A stretch of DNA of 64,000 nt, taken from the NCBI GenBank assembly GCA_024275165.1, contig JAJRZQ010000028.1, positions 7,423 to 71,422 of the forward strand, read 5' to 3'. The translations under genes were made by a program, and so were the position numbers. This DNA comes from a bacterium. Its GTDB lineage: Bacteria; SAR324; XYD2-FULL-50-16. How positions within the stretch are numbered: position 1 is the stretch's first letter; every line of letters starts with the position of its first letter. Positions 47,814 to 58,186 of this stretch are shown piece by piece. The notes under the pieces are model-generated. The model did not search any database, was not told where the DNA came from, and worked only from the letters and a program-made list of their open reading frames with translations.

Positions 47814-50309
47814 TTATCCGGCCTCAGGGCCGAAGGGCTTTAGATCTACGATGAGACGAGGCAAAAGGGTTAAGGCCGTGGCCCAAGCAATGATCATGGC
47901 CAAACCAGTCAATAAACCAAAATAAATGCTGGGAATGAAATTGGAAAGCACGAGAATGGAAAAACCGATGATAATGGTCACCGAGGTGTAATACATGGCA
48001 TAGCCAATACTGCCGTGACACCGGTGCATAGCCGCTATATATTGATGATCTTTCGCGTATTCAATTTCAAAACGGTGAATATAATGGATAGTATCATCTA
48101 CCGCGATCCCCACGCTGATGGCAGCAATGGTAATGGTCATCATGTCGAGGGGAATATCTGCCCAGCCCATAAAACCCAACACGGTGCCCACGCTCAACAG
48201 GTTGGGCAAAATAGCGATGTAAGAAAGCTTAAAGGAGCGAAAAAGCAGCATAAACATGATCATCAAAGCGGCAATCACGGCGCCTAAGGTTTCAATCTGC
48301 GAGTTGAACAGGCTTTGCAGCATGTTGTTGTATAAAACCAAGAGGCTCGTTAAATGAGTTCGTTCCGGGGGGATGCGCAATTTGTCTTTTAGGTCTCGTT
48401 GAATGGTTTGGAGCAGTTCATTGCGCCTTAGGTTCGGGTCGGAATCGCGCACTCTAAGGTAGAACCGAACCTGATTGTCCTGAACCGAGACATAAGGATT
48501 GAGAACGATCTTTTTAAAGCGTTCGGGAAGCTCTTTATAGATCAAAGCCAAGAGAAAGTTATCTAAAGGTTGACCCTCGTTGAGCGTAACCCCGATTTTA
48601 AGCATGGTCGCCAAAGAGAGTACCTTTCCCGTTTCGGGCAGACGGTCAAGGTAATCATGCACCCGTTCGACCTCTGCCATTTTCGCAGAGGTAAACCAAT
48701 ATTGCGCTTCACTTGCTTGGGAGTTGAATTCTTCTTCAAACTGGTCGAAGTCGCTGAATTCATCTTCTGCGTCCGCTGTTGTTGTTGGTGGGGGGGCTTG
48801 TTTTTCCGGGGGGAAGTCTAAAATAATATCCAAGGGGGTGGTGCCGCCCAATTGCTGGTCAATGACCTTCATCCCCTGATAGATCTCGGTAGATTTTTTA
48901 AAATAATCGATAAAGGAGTTTTCTACCCGCAGTTGCAGGGCCCCGGAGATACATAAAACCGCCAAAACCCCGCTGACGAAAAAAATGAGCCTTCCTCTTT
49001 TTTCCGTTAAATTCGCTAAGATTAAGGTGACCTTGAAACTCTTTTCAAAGGAGACATTGGGCGACTTTTTGGGAAGAAACAACAACAAGATGGGAAACAG
49101 CAGAAAGGTTAGGATTAAGGAAACCGAGATTCCCACCGACATCATCCAACCAAAATTGATCACCGGTAAGATTCCGCTCAACAATAAAGAAAAGAACCCG
49201 GCCACCGTGGTCAAGGCCATGTAAAGGCAAGGCTGGGCCATGGCCAGCACGGTTTCGCGGGCGAGCTTTTTTTGCTCCCACTCGGGGTGTTGGTTATAAA
49301 ATTCTCGATAGCGCACGATCAAATGAATGGTGATGGCCATGGTAATGATCAGCTGAATGCTGATAAAGTTGGAGCTGATGACCGTTACCTCCCATCCAAA
49401 CAAGCCTAAAAAGCCGCTTGTCGCCAGTACGCTTAAACCGCAGGTGACCAAGGGGATTAAAATCCAACGGAATTGGCGAAAGATAATCCATAAGGTAATG
49501 ACCAAAAAAGTCAAAACTCCGGTGCCAAAAATACGCAAATCACTTTTAATGTAGGTGATGAGATCATCGGCGATCATGGCCACCCCGCCTAAAAAAAGTT
49601 GGGCCTTTTCCCGGTGCTGATCCATAGCGGCGCGTACCTGGGCGACAATACGGTGTTGCCGGGCGCGGGCTACATTGCGGTAGCTCTTGAATTCGGTTTG
49701 CAATTGGGCGAGTTCGGTTTGTTCCTTTTCATTGAGGCCGAGGCTCTTTTGCTTTTCCCTTAAGGTATAACGCCGCTGTATAAAATTCTGCCAGGCCGTG
49801 TCTTCGTCCAACTCGACCTGCAACGCGGTGGTGCGAAAATCAGGGCTCACCAACAAATTACGATAGATCGGGCTATGCAGAAACTCTTCTTTGGCCAAGG
49901 CCTTGTCGATTCCTGGGGATTCAAGGGTGGGAACCTTTTTGAGTAGTTCCTTCAGCGGTTTTGGGGGGCTTTGCAAAAGGGGGACATCCAAAATACTGGT
50001 CACTCCGCTCACCCCATCAATCTCCAGCAAATCAGCCTTTAAGGCTCTTAGGGCCTGCAAGGTGGGCTCGGCCAATAAATCGGCCTGGGGCTGGTAGGTA
50101 ATAACCAAAAAATCAGGGCTGCCGTAGCGTTGGTTCACCTCTCGAGAGTATTGTAAATCGAGGTCGTTTTCTAAGGTTAGGGTTTCTGCGGAAGCGTCGA
50201 CCTGCAATTGCGTTGCTTCGTAGGCAAGAAAACTCAGCAAACACAACAAGAAGAACAAAACTTTTTTGGGGTGTTGCAAAACCCCTTGATCATAAAAACG
50301 ACTCAACAT
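47814..50309 (-). CDS. MMPL/RND-family lipid transporter (HpnN-like)
   Basis: Two TM blocks, IHL..RY, TTVAGF.SL, GIAVDDTIHY, FGLLTG. Confidence 0.9.
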   Translation of the reverse strand: MLSRFYDQGVLQHPKKVLFFLLCLLSFLAYEATQLQVDASAETLTLENDLDLQYSREVNQRYGSPDFLVITYQPQADLLAEPTLQALRALKADLLEIDGVSGVTSILDVPLLQSPPKPLKELLKKVPTLESPGIDKALAKEEFLHSPIYRNLLVSPDFRTTALQVELDEDTAWQNFIQRRYTLREKQKSLGLNEKEQTELAQLQTEFKSYRNVARARQHRIVAQVRAAMDQHREKAQLFLGGVAMIADDLITYIKSDLRIFGTGVLTFLVITLWIIFRQFRWILIPLVTCGLSVLATSGFLGLFGWEVTVISSNFISIQLIITMAITIHLIVRYREFYNQHPEWEQKKLARETVLAMAQPCLYMALTTVAGFFSLLLSGILPVINFGWMMSVGISVSLILTFLLFPILLLFLPKKSPNVSFEKSFKVTLILANLTEKRGRLIFFVSGVLAVLCISGALQLRVENSFIDYFKKSTEIYQGMKVIDQQLGGTTPLDIILDFPPEKQAPPPTTTADAEDEFSDFDQFEEEFNSQASEAQYWFTSAKMAEVERVHDYLDRLPETGKVLSLATMLKIGVTLNEGQPLDNFLLALIYKELPERFKKIVLNPYVSVQDNQVRFYLRVRDSDPNLRRNELLQTIQRDLKDKLRIPPERTHLTSLLVLYNNMLQSLFNSQIETLGAVIAALMIMFMLLFRSFKLSYIAILPNLLSVGTVLGFMGWADIPLDMMTITIAAISVGIAVDDTIHYIHRFEIEYAKDHQYIAAMHRCHGSIGYAMYYTSVTIIIGFSILVLSNFIPSIYFGLLTGLAMIIAWATALTLLPRLIVDLKPFGPEAG

Positions 50310-50329
50310 GGCAGTGGGTGGAATAGGGG

Positions 50330-50935
50330 TTATTGTCCATCGGGAACATTAAATTGGCCGGAATTTTGAAGTTTTTTCAATAAAGCTTCAACGCTGCCGG
50401 TTTTCAATACTCCGGCAAACTGGCTGCGATAAGTCTGCACGATGCTCACCCCGAGGATTTCTACATCATAAACCATCCAGCCCTTTTTTTTATCCCTGTG
50501 GAACTTATAAATCATTTCTTTTTTGTCATCCTTGGTCACTAAGTGGGAAACGATTTCAATGCGGTTTGCTTTGGATTGTTTTACCGCGTCAATGGTCACA
50601 TCCTCATCGGTGTACAGGTCCAGTTTTTCTAAATAACTTTCCTGTAAGCGTTTTACAAAAAGCGTGGAAAACTCCTTTTTTTGCGCCGCGCTGAATTGCT
50701 TCCAATACTTTTGCCCGAGGCTTAAATGAGCCATGAGCTTAAAATCAAAAATGGGGTTGACGGTGTTTAAAATTTTCTGATTTCGGGTCGCTTTGTCGAG
50801 GTTGGGGTCGCGCAGTAATTGCAAAACCACCTCAATCTTATTCGTCATGGTTTTTTTTACCTCTGTTCGCTCATCCGCGAGAGCGGCAAAGGGAAGAAAA
50901 AAGAGAACCAGCAAAAGGCCGAGCATGGATTTCAT
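50330..50935 (-). CDS. mlaC: MlaC/Ttg2D periplasmic lipid-binding protein
   Basis: Signal peptide, FDF..MA..SLG..W and W.VYDV.I.GVS.VQTYRSQF. Confidence 0.88.
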   Translation of the reverse strand: MKSMLGLLLVLFFLPFAALADERTEVKKTMTNKIEVVLQLLRDPNLDKATRNQKILNTVNPIFDFKLMAHLSLGQKYWKQFSAAQKKEFSTLFVKRLQESYLEKLDLYTDEDVTIDAVKQSKANRIEIVSHLVTKDDKKEMIYKFHRDKKKGWMVYDVEILGVSIVQTYRSQFAGVLKTGSVEALLKKLQNSGQFNVPDGQ

Positions 50936-50937
50936 AT

Positions 50938-51846
50938 TTACTCCTGTATGTCTTTGTTGCGTTTTTGTTCGTAGGCGTCGCGTAAGAAGGGGTAAAGATC
51001 GAGGGCATCTTTTTTCAGACTCTCATACTCCCCTAGGTGGAGTGAGGTGTCATTGATGACGCGAAAGGCTCGCGCCCCGTATTCGCTATAGGGGTCTTCA
51101 ATTTGCGTCACGGCATCGAACTGCCAGTCAAAGGTTAGGGCAAGAGAATCCCTTAAGTTGGAGGGACCAAAAAAAGGCAAGACAATATGAGGGCCTGAAC
51201 CGAGCCCCCAATACCCCAAGGTTTGCCCGAAGTCTTCGGGGTGCGCCTCTAAGCCGAGCCAATCCTTGGCGGGGTCAAAAAGACCAAAAATCCCGATGGT
51301 GCTGTTGATCACGAAACGGGCCGTCTCCTCTCCCGCGTGGACGAGTTTGCCTTGCAGGAGGTTATTGAGCAAGCGTAAGGGATACCAGAGATTGGTAAAA
51401 AAGGAGTTGATGCTCCGCCGACCCTCTTGGGGGATGGCCCAATCCCAGCCCGCCGCGACAGGTTGCAGGAGCCAAACATAAAGCTTGTCGTTAAAGGTCG
51501 TCATACTGCGGTTGTATCCGGCAAAGGGGTCTGAAACCTCGTTTTTGTTGGCCTCAAACTCCTCTTCAAACTCGGCAAAATCGCCCCCGTCACTGAAGGA
51601 TTCAGAGGCCGTATCCGCTTGGGCATAGAGGTTGTTGACCTGTTGTTGGGGCAGGGCAAGGGCTGCTTGCTTGGCGGAGCGCGCTTTCCAATAGATTATA
51701 TAGTGGGCCCATTCTTGTTGGGTTGAGGTTGCCGCTTCTGGAAAAGGGCCTAGAGGAGTCAAGCGATTTTTTGGAGATTGAGGTGAGGCAAAGAGTTCAT
51801 TGGAGCCAAAAAGCAGAACAATAATAAGCAGGGTGCGCCAATACAT
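50938..51846 (-). CDS. mlaA: VacJ/MlaA family protein
   Basis: DPF.GYNR.M..FND, NNLLQGK, RFVINSTIG..GLFD, EDFGQTLG.WG, LPFFGPS.LRD, D.Y...RDAY. Confidence 0.92.
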   Translation of the reverse strand: MYWRTLLIIVLLFGSNELFASPQSPKNRLTPLGPFPEAATSTQQEWAHYIIYWKARSAKQAALALPQQQVNNLYAQADTASESFSDGGDFAEFEEEFEANKNEVSDPFAGYNRSMTTFNDKLYVWLLQPVAAGWDWAIPQEGRRSINSFFTNLWYPLRLLNNLLQGKLVHAGEETARFVINSTIGIFGLFDPAKDWLGLEAHPEDFGQTLGYWGLGSGPHIVLPFFGPSNLRDSLALTFDWQFDAVTQIEDPYSEYGARAFRVINDTSLHLGEYESLKKDALDLYPFLRDAYEQKRNKDIQE

Positions 51847-52033
51847 ATCAAATCAAAAAAAAAGAGTTCAACTCAATTGTACAAAGGGTACAGGTTTGCA
51901 ATCCTTGTGTCTATTCTTCCCTTTTATGCCCTTTTTTTGCTTTCCCGGTCTCCTCTATTTTCGTGAAAACAAGGGCTTTTTCGTCAAGTTTAAGCAATGG
52001 GGGTAAAGCCGAGTCGCAAATCAATTCACTTGA

Positions 52034-52060
52034 GGAAATTCTGAAAAGCCCAGAGGTAGC
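52034..52060. repeat. 27-bp palindromic repeat, copy 4 (diverged)
   Basis: GGAAATTCTGAAAAGCCCAGAGGTAGC abuts CTAG, which contains the cbiB stop codon; same orientation relative to the stop as copy 1. Confidence 0.55.
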
Positions 52061-53029
52061 CTAGCCCATGAAAGCGATTTTCAGGGTTTGCAGGGCAAAA
52101 GCGCCTGCCCAAGCCCAGTTTAAAAGGCGAAAGAGGCGGGTTAGGTCGCTGGGCTTGGCCCCGAAGGGGTCGTTGTGGAACCCGTATTCCGCCTCTTGGC
52201 GCAAGCTGCCCCCTCGCGCCACCGGCCCCCCGAGCCGCAACCCCAAGGCCCCGGCAACCGTGGCCATGGGCCAGCCGGAATTGGGCGAGGCATGACGGCG
52301 ATGTTGCCGCCAACCACAAACCCAGGCCTTTTTTCCGCTGACCCCGGGGGTCAAGGCCGCTGCCAAAACCAACCCTAACCAGCCCAAACGGGCGGGGAGC
52401 CAATTCAGCAGATCGTCCCCCTTTGCCGCGGCCCAGCCGAAGCGGCGATAGCGCTCTGTTTTATAGCCCACCATGCTATCTAAGGTGCTGAATACCTTAA
52501 AAATCCATAAACCGGGTAAGCCAAAGAACAGATAGGCCAAAAGGGGGGATACAAAACCATCCACAAAATTTTCGGCTAAACTCTCTAAGGTGGCCCGCAG
52601 GCAAGCGGCTTCATCGGCTTTGCGCAAATCTCGGCTGACCAGCTTCCCCGCCTCTTGGCGTAGCTGGGCTAAATCTTTTGCCTTGATCGCTCGCAAGACC
52701 TGTTTTCCATGTTTTAGCAAATCCCCAAAGGCAAGCAGACTGTAAAGCAACCAAAGCTCAAACCCCCAACCCAGCCAGGGGGAGGCCTTGGTTAAGCTCT
52801 CCCTCAACCAGAGCAGAGGCGGCAAGCTCAAGCCTATTAGGGCGAGCAACTGCAACAGCCCTCCAAGGCGGCCCTTCCAACCCAATTGAAAAAGCCCCTG
52901 TTCCAGCAAGCGGGCTAAATGACCCAAGAGTCGCACGGGGTGGAGGAGGTAAACAGGGTCCCCCCAAACCCGATCCAAGAGCAGGGCAAAAAGCAACAGC
53001 CCCCCAGAAGTAAAAAGAACCTCCGGCAT
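52061..53029 (-). CDS. cbiB: Adenosylcobinamide-phosphate synthase CbiB (CobD in aerobic nomenclature)
   Basis: GDP...HPV, LVSRD, ESLAENFVDG, TLDSMVGYK, DD..NW.PARL, SPNSGWP. Confidence 0.95.
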   Translation of the reverse strand: MPEVLFTSGGLLLFALLLDRVWGDPVYLLHPVRLLGHLARLLEQGLFQLGWKGRLGGLLQLLALIGLSLPPLLWLRESLTKASPWLGWGFELWLLYSLLAFGDLLKHGKQVLRAIKAKDLAQLRQEAGKLVSRDLRKADEAACLRATLESLAENFVDGFVSPLLAYLFFGLPGLWIFKVFSTLDSMVGYKTERYRRFGWAAAKGDDLLNWLPARLGWLGLVLAAALTPGVSGKKAWVCGWRQHRRHASPNSGWPMATVAGALGLRLGGPVARGGSLRQEAEYGFHNDPFGAKPSDLTRLFRLLNWAWAGAFALQTLKIAFMG

Positions 53030-54102
53030 TATTTTTTCCCTTCCCGTTTTTTAAAAAATTGGATGAGGGCTTGATTTTCAGCGGGCATGCGCACCGCGAA
53101 ACGGAACCCATTTTGCGAAAGCCCTTGAAAGTTTCGGCAATCCCGCAGTAAAAACCCGGCGGCTAAGGCTTGTTTTAAAAGAACCTCCAAGGGAGTCGCG
53201 TCGCTCCACTGGGCAAAGAGGAAGTTCACCTGCCCCGACGCCAACTTCAAGCCCTTTAGGGGTGCCAGTTCCGCGCGAAAGCGGTTTTGCTCTTGGGCGA
53301 TGATCCCTTGGGTTCGCTTTAAATACTCCCCTTGGGAGAGCAACAAACCGGCCGCTTCTTCGGCAAGCCCGTTGACGCGCCAGGGGGGGAGGCGGGCCTT
53401 GAAGGATTCGATTTTTCCCTCTGGCCCCAGTAAAGCCCCCAACCGCAACCCGGGCAGGGCAAAAATCTTGGTCAGGGAATGCAGCACCCATAGATTAGTA
53501 TGGCGCTCCACCTCTAAGCTTAAGTCCCAGGGCTCGGTATGGCTGAGAAAGGGCAAAAAGGCATGATCCACGACAAAGTCCACTTGGGGGAACTCTCGCG
53601 CCCAAGCTAAAACCTGCTCCTTTGCCGTCACTTGTCCGGTCGGGTTGTTGGGGGAGCCGATGAACACTCCATCCACCTGTTGGTATTGCTCCGCCAACCC
53701 CTCTAGGCGTGGTTCCGGCCAGTTGGGCCAGGTGAGGACCTCCACCCCGGCGGCCTCACAGGCGGCGCGGTAATCAAAAAAAGAGGGTTCAAAAATCAAG
53801 ACCCGTTTCCAGTTTAATAAAGCGGGGAGGAGGTAAATCCCCTCGATACTCCCATTTAAAGGGAGCAATCTCGTTGGCGCCACTCCCCAAGTTTGCTGAG
53901 CGTATTGGGTCAGCTTGTGCCCCTGGGGGCTGGGGTAGCGGGTCGCCGCCCGCAGCAGCTCGGGCCAGGCCTGCGCCAGGGCCGGTGGGGGGCCTAGGGG
54001 GTTGAGGTTTACGCTGAAGTCGAGGTAAGGCCGGGGCTCTAAGCCGAAGCCGGCAAAGGCTTGGTCGCCCTGCCCCCCGTGACGATGCTCCCAAGGCTTC
54101 AT
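53029..54102 (-). CDS. cobD: L-threonine-O-3-phosphate decarboxylase (PLP-dependent)
   Basis: HGG, LDFSVNLNPLG, YP, NG..E.I, PNNPTG, SLTK.FALPGLRLG, LRDC.NF.GL. Confidence 0.9.
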   Translation of the reverse strand: MKPWEHRHGGQGDQAFAGFGLEPRPYLDFSVNLNPLGPPPALAQAWPELLRAATRYPSPQGHKLTQYAQQTWGVAPTRLLPLNGSIEGIYLLPALLNWKRVLIFEPSFFDYRAACEAAGVEVLTWPNWPEPRLEGLAEQYQQVDGVFIGSPNNPTGQVTAKEQVLAWAREFPQVDFVVDHAFLPFLSHTEPWDLSLEVERHTNLWVLHSLTKIFALPGLRLGALLGPEGKIESFKARLPPWRVNGLAEEAAGLLLSQGEYLKRTQGIIAQEQNRFRAELAPLKGLKLASGQVNFLFAQWSDATPLEVLLKQALAAGFLLRDCRNFQGLSQNGFRFAVRMPAENQALIQFFKKREGKK

Positions 54103-55583
54103 CCCTGGGCCTGGAGAACGCGTTTGAATGCCTTTAAGTCCAAATGGGGCCGTACCTGATCGGCCAGTTGGTCGTAAGGGTCGGGGTAAGGGGCGCCCAA
54201 ATCCACTGTCCCCCCCCAGAGGCGTCGCAGCAGGGCTTGGAGAAATTCAGCCGATTCAAACAAACCGTGAAGGTAGCTCCCCATAACTTGGCCCTGAGCG
54301 TCGACAAAGCCCTCGGCGCCGCTGCCCACCGCAAACAAGGGGGCTAAGGGCCGCAAACAGCGGCTTTGGCCCTGGTGAATCTCATAGCCCCACAACAAAG
54401 ACTGGCTGGCTAAATCTTTTGCCCGCACCTGCCTGAGGGTTTTATGGGGCAGCAGGGTCGTTGTTAGGGGCAACAGGCCCAACCCTTGGGCAGAATGGAG
54501 GGTGGATTCCAGTCCCTCGGGGTCTAAAATCTCTTGGCCCAGCATCTGCAAGCCCCCGCAAATACCAAAAATCGGTTTTTTCTGGGCCTGAAACTCTAAA
54601 ATCAACTCTGCCCAACCCTGTTTCTTCAACCAGGCCAAGTCGGCTAAGGTGGCCTTGCTGCCCGGTAAAATCAACAGGTCATAGGGGGTAAGGGAGCGGG
54701 GGCGACTCAAATAATGGCATTCCACCCCCGGCAGGTTGAAGAGGGGGTCAAAGTCTGTAAAGTTGGAGATGCGTGGCAGGCGCAGCACGGCAATCGCTCG
54801 CTTTTCCCCCTTTGGTGGGGGCGGGTCGGTGAGGCGGTCTAGGGTTACGGCGTCTTCTGCGGGGATGCGCAAATCCGAAAAATAAGGGATGATCCCCAAG
54901 ATAGGCAGGCCCGTGCGTTCTTCCAGCCAGCGTTTCCCCTCCTTAAAGAGGGCGATGTCCCCGCGAAAGCGGTTGATCAAAATTCCTTTGATCAAGGCCC
55001 GATCCGCCGCTTCAAGGACTTCCAAACTCCCTACGATTTGGGCAAAAACCCCACCTCGGTCGATGTCGGCGATCATCACCACCGGGGCCTTGAGTTCTCG
55101 CGCCAAACCTAGATTGGCGATGTCTCGCTGGCGCAAATTAACCTCTGCTAGGCTCCCCGCCCCTTCAATCACGATCAGTTCAAAACGCCTTGCCAAGTCA
55201 TGGTAGGCTTCCAAAGCGATTTTTAAAAAGGGGTGGCGATGGGTGAGAAAATCTCCCGCCTTGAGTTGCCCAACGACTTTACCCTGGAGAATAATTTGCG
55301 AAGTTTGCTCCCCCGAGGGCTTGAGCAAGATGGGGTTCATGTTCGCTTCGGGCTCCAGCCCCGCCGCGCGAGCCTGTACCGCCTGGGCGCGGCCCATCTC
55401 CAGCCCCTGGGCGGTGACATGGCTATTGTTGGACATATTCTGCGCCTTAAAGGGCGCGACAGCAAACCCCTCTTGCCTTAAGATACGCAGTAAGGCGGTG
55501 GCCAAGAGGCTTTTGCCCACATCGGACCCCGTACCGAGGAGGGCTATGGGTTGGGCAAGCATTTTTGGGGGAGGTTGGGGCAT
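54099..55583 (-). CDS. cobQ: Cobyric acid synthase CbiP/CobQ
   Basis: GTGSDVGKS, PFKAQNMSNN, EGAGS.AE.NL, DIDRGG, ISNFTDFDPL, GICGG.QMLG, GYEIH, YLHG.F. Confidence 0.97.
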   Translation of the reverse strand: MPQPPPKMLAQPIALLGTGSDVGKSLLATALLRILRQEGFAVAPFKAQNMSNNSHVTAQGLEMGRAQAVQARAAGLEPEANMNPILLKPSGEQTSQIILQGKVVGQLKAGDFLTHRHPFLKIALEAYHDLARRFELIVIEGAGSLAEVNLRQRDIANLGLARELKAPVVMIADIDRGGVFAQIVGSLEVLEAADRALIKGILINRFRGDIALFKEGKRWLEERTGLPILGIIPYFSDLRIPAEDAVTLDRLTDPPPPKGEKRAIAVLRLPRISNFTDFDPLFNLPGVECHYLSRPRSLTPYDLLILPGSKATLADLAWLKKQGWAELILEFQAQKKPIFGICGGLQMLGQEILDPEGLESTLHSAQGLGLLPLTTTLLPHKTLRQVRAKDLASQSLLWGYEIHQGQSRCLRPLAPLFAVGSGAEGFVDAQGQVMGSYLHGLFESAEFLQALLRRLWGGTVDLGAPYPDPYDQLADQVRPHLDLKAFKRVLQAQG

Positions 55584-55606
55584 GGTTGTTTCAGCTCAAT
55601 GGAGTT

Positions 55607-55689
55607 AGCATAAGCGGTTCTCCCGATTGGTCAAGGGGATTTAGTTTTTACCAGAAAGGCTTGAAGTTTGAGCGCGGCAAGGCTAGATT
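55607..55689. promoter_or_regulatory. Divergent sigma70-type promoters of the cobalamin cluster
   Basis: Minus strand: TTGACC-16-TATGCT (55634-55607). Plus strand: TTGAAG-17-TAGATT (55661-55689). Confidence 0.5.
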
Positions 55690-55717
55690 AAGCTTTTTTG
55701 CTTTCCCTCATGAGGCC

Positions 55718-57007
55718 ATGACCTTCAACTCTTCTCTTCCTCCAACCCTTTTGATCGGCGGGGTGCAATCGGGTTCGGGCAAAACCAGTTTTACCTTGGC
55801 TTTATTGCAGGCCTGGGCCAAAGAGGGGAAGCGGGTGCAGAGCTTTAAGGCGGGGCCTGACTTTTTGGACCCCCTTTGGCACCAAGCCGTAACGGGTCGC
55901 CCGAGTTATAACCTGGATACCCAGATGATGGGGCCTGCTGCCTGCCAAGCGATGCTGAGCCAGGGGGCGGGGGCGGATTTGGCGATTATTGAGGGGGTGA
56001 TGGGGCTTTTTGATGGCAAAAGCGGGGTGGGGGGGCCTGGTTCTAGCTTGGATTTGGCGAAAACATTAGGGGTTAAGGTATTGCTGGTGGTTAACGCCCA
56101 GGGCATGGCCGGGAGCCTTGTCCCCTTGGCGCAAGGGTTTAAGGAGGCTGCCGAGGGGCTGGGGGCGCGCTTAGGCGGGGTCTTGGCCAACCGAGTCGGG
56201 GGGGCAAGCCACGCGGGCCTGCTGCAAGAGTTGTTGAGGGAGGCGCGACTCCCTCCCCTTTTGGCCTGGTTGGAAAAAGGCGCCCCCACTCTAGGGGAGC
56301 GGCATTTAGGTCTAAAAACTCCAGAAGAGGCCCAATTGCCCGATCTGTCTTCTGCCTTGCATCTTTTGCCGGGCTGGGAATCCGCTTGGACCAGACCCAA
56401 AGCCTTTCGCCCCGTCCTGCCCGCTGAAGCCTTATTGCCTGGGCGTCGCGTCGCGATTGCCCGCGATCAAGCCTGTTCTTTTATTTACCCCGCGAACCTA
56501 GACTGGCTCAAGGCCCAGGGGGCAAAACTCACTTTTTTCTCTCCCCTAGCCGGGGAGCCCCTACCCCCCCATAGTGAGGCTTTATGGTTGCCTGGCGGCT
56601 ACCCGGAACTTTACGGAGAAAGGCTCTCTAAATCCGCAAGCTGGTCGAGCGTAAAGGCCTTTATCGAATCGGGAGGGCATGCTTTGGCCGAATGCGGGGG
56701 AATGATGCTCTTAGGGGAAAGCCTAAGGGATTTAAACAACAAAAGCTGGCCCTTGATGGGGCTTTTGCCTTTTTACACCACCCTGCAAACTCGACTTGCC
56801 GCCTTGGGCTATCGGGAGAGTCGTACAGGGGCAAGGGGGCATGAGTTTCATCATTCCAAGCGACTGCCGGCTCTGGGGGGAAAGCCCGCTTTTGACTTAG
56901 ACAAAGGGGATCAAGGCATTCAATATAAAAACCTGCGCGCCGGATATGTCCATTGGTATTTTCCCAGCGCGCCCCATAGCGTAGCGAGGTGGTTTGGAAA
57001 AGAGTAA
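55718..57007 (+). CDS. cbiA: Cobyrinate a,c-diamide synthase CbiA/CobB
   Basis: SGSGKT, FKAGPDFLDP, IEGVMGLFDG, ERHLGL, GGYPEL, AECGGMM, GHEFH.S. Confidence 0.95.
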   Translation: MTFNSSLPPTLLIGGVQSGSGKTSFTLALLQAWAKEGKRVQSFKAGPDFLDPLWHQAVTGRPSYNLDTQMMGPAACQAMLSQGAGADLAIIEGVMGLFDGKSGVGGPGSSLDLAKTLGVKVLLVVNAQGMAGSLVPLAQGFKEAAEGLGARLGGVLANRVGGASHAGLLQELLREARLPPLLAWLEKGAPTLGERHLGLKTPEEAQLPDLSSALHLLPGWESAWTRPKAFRPVLPAEALLPGRRVAIARDQACSFIYPANLDWLKAQGAKLTFFSPLAGEPLPPHSEALWLPGGYPELYGERLSKSASWSSVKAFIESGGHALAECGGMMLLGESLRDLNNKSWPLMGLLPFYTTLQTRLAALGYRESRTGARGHEFHHSKRLPALGGKPAFDLDKGDQGIQYKNLRAGYVHWYFPSAPHSVARWFGKE

Positions 57008-57527
57008 GAAAAAAGGAGGCCTGATCGTGGTGCATACCGGCAAAGGCAAGGGAAAAAGCAGCGCCGCTATAGGCATGGTCTTTCGCGCCGCGGGTTGGGG
57101 AAAGCGGGTCTTGGTCGTTCAGTTCATCAAGGGCCAATGGTCCACCGGGGAGGAACGCGCTGCCAAGGCCTTTGAAAACATCGAATGGCACGCCTTGGGT
57201 GACGGCTTTACCTGGGACACAAAAAATTTAGCGCAAGACCAAGCTACGACTTTAAAAATATGGGACTTTGCCAAAGAAAAACTTTTTTCCGGCAACTATG
57301 ATCTGGTTCTTCTTGATGAAATCAATTATTGTCTGGATTATGGATGGCTCGACCCCAATGAAGTGGCGCGATGCTGCCAAAAAAAGCCCGCGGAAACCCA
57401 CTTGATCTTAACGGGACGAGGCGCCCCGGAAGAATTAATCGCCGTTGCCCACACCGTAACGGAGATGAAGCTGGTTACACATGCCTACCAGCAAGGTTTT
57501 GCCGCCCAAAAAGGCATTGAGTTTTAA
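56994..57527 (+). CDS. cobO: Cob(I)yrinic acid a,c-diamide adenosyltransferase (CobA/CobO/BtuR)
   Basis: HTGKGKGKSSAA.G, QFIKG.W.TGE, LLDEIN, LTGRGAP, AQKGIEF. Confidence 0.96.
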   Translation: MEKSKKKGGLIVVHTGKGKGKSSAAIGMVFRAAGWGKRVLVVQFIKGQWSTGEERAAKAFENIEWHALGDGFTWDTKNLAQDQATTLKIWDFAKEKLFSGNYDLVLLDEINYCLDYGWLDPNEVARCCQKKPAETHLILTGRGAPEELIAVAHTVTEMKLVTHAYQQGFAAQKGIEF

Positions 57528-57547
57528 TTTAGCCGAAGGAATAAGTC

Positions 57548-58183
57548 ATGCATATTGAACCTGGATTCATCGCCCCACCCAAATTGATGCTCGCTCAAGT
57601 CGGCCTCATTGGCTTATTGGCCTACCACGCCAAAAACCTCATCCAACCCAGTTTGGCGCTGCGCACCCTCTTGGCCGCGGTGTTTTTTACCCTCTTTATG
57701 GAGGTTTACTTTCAACCTGTGGGCCCTTCTGAGTTGCATTTTGTGGGGGCCATCGCCGTATATATGGTGTTTGGTTTTGTGCCCACCCTGTTTGCCTTTG
57801 GTTTGGGGTTGGCCTTGCAGGGCTTTTTCTTCCACCCTACGGATTTAATGAATCTGGCGGTCAACAGTCTTTCCCTAATGCTTCCTTTGCTTGCCGTTCA
57901 TAGCCTGCGCCAAAACTTAGAGGCGAAAAAAGGCAAGCTGACCTGGCAGGACTTGGTGAAGCTTGACGCGGTCTATTATTCTGGGGTCACCTTGATGGTT
58001 GGCTTTTGGCTCTTAGGCGAAGGGGTAACGAATTTTACGGCTTGGGCGCAATTCGCTCTTTCTTACGCCCTTATGGTCATGGCCGAACCTCTGTTGACCC
58101 TTTTTGTGGTCAAGGGCTTAAAACCCTTTGCCAAAAAGAAATGGGCGGTAGCCAGTTTGGATTTGGCGCCTGTAAGCGTTTAG
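57548..58183 (+). CDS. cbiM: CbiM-like cobalt transport permease
   Basis: N-terminal MHI metal-binding motif, PVGPSELHF.G, hydrophobic body. Confidence 0.8.
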   Translation: MHIEPGFIAPPKLMLAQVGLIGLLAYHAKNLIQPSLALRTLLAAVFFTLFMEVYFQPVGPSELHFVGAIAVYMVFGFVPTLFAFGLGLALQGFFFHPTDLMNLAVNSLSLMLPLLAVHSLRQNLEAKKGKLTWQDLVKLDAVYYSGVTLMVGFWLLGEGVTNFTAWAQFALSYALMVMAEPLLTLFVVKGLKPFAKKKWAVASLDLAPVSV

Positions 58184-58186
58184 GGA

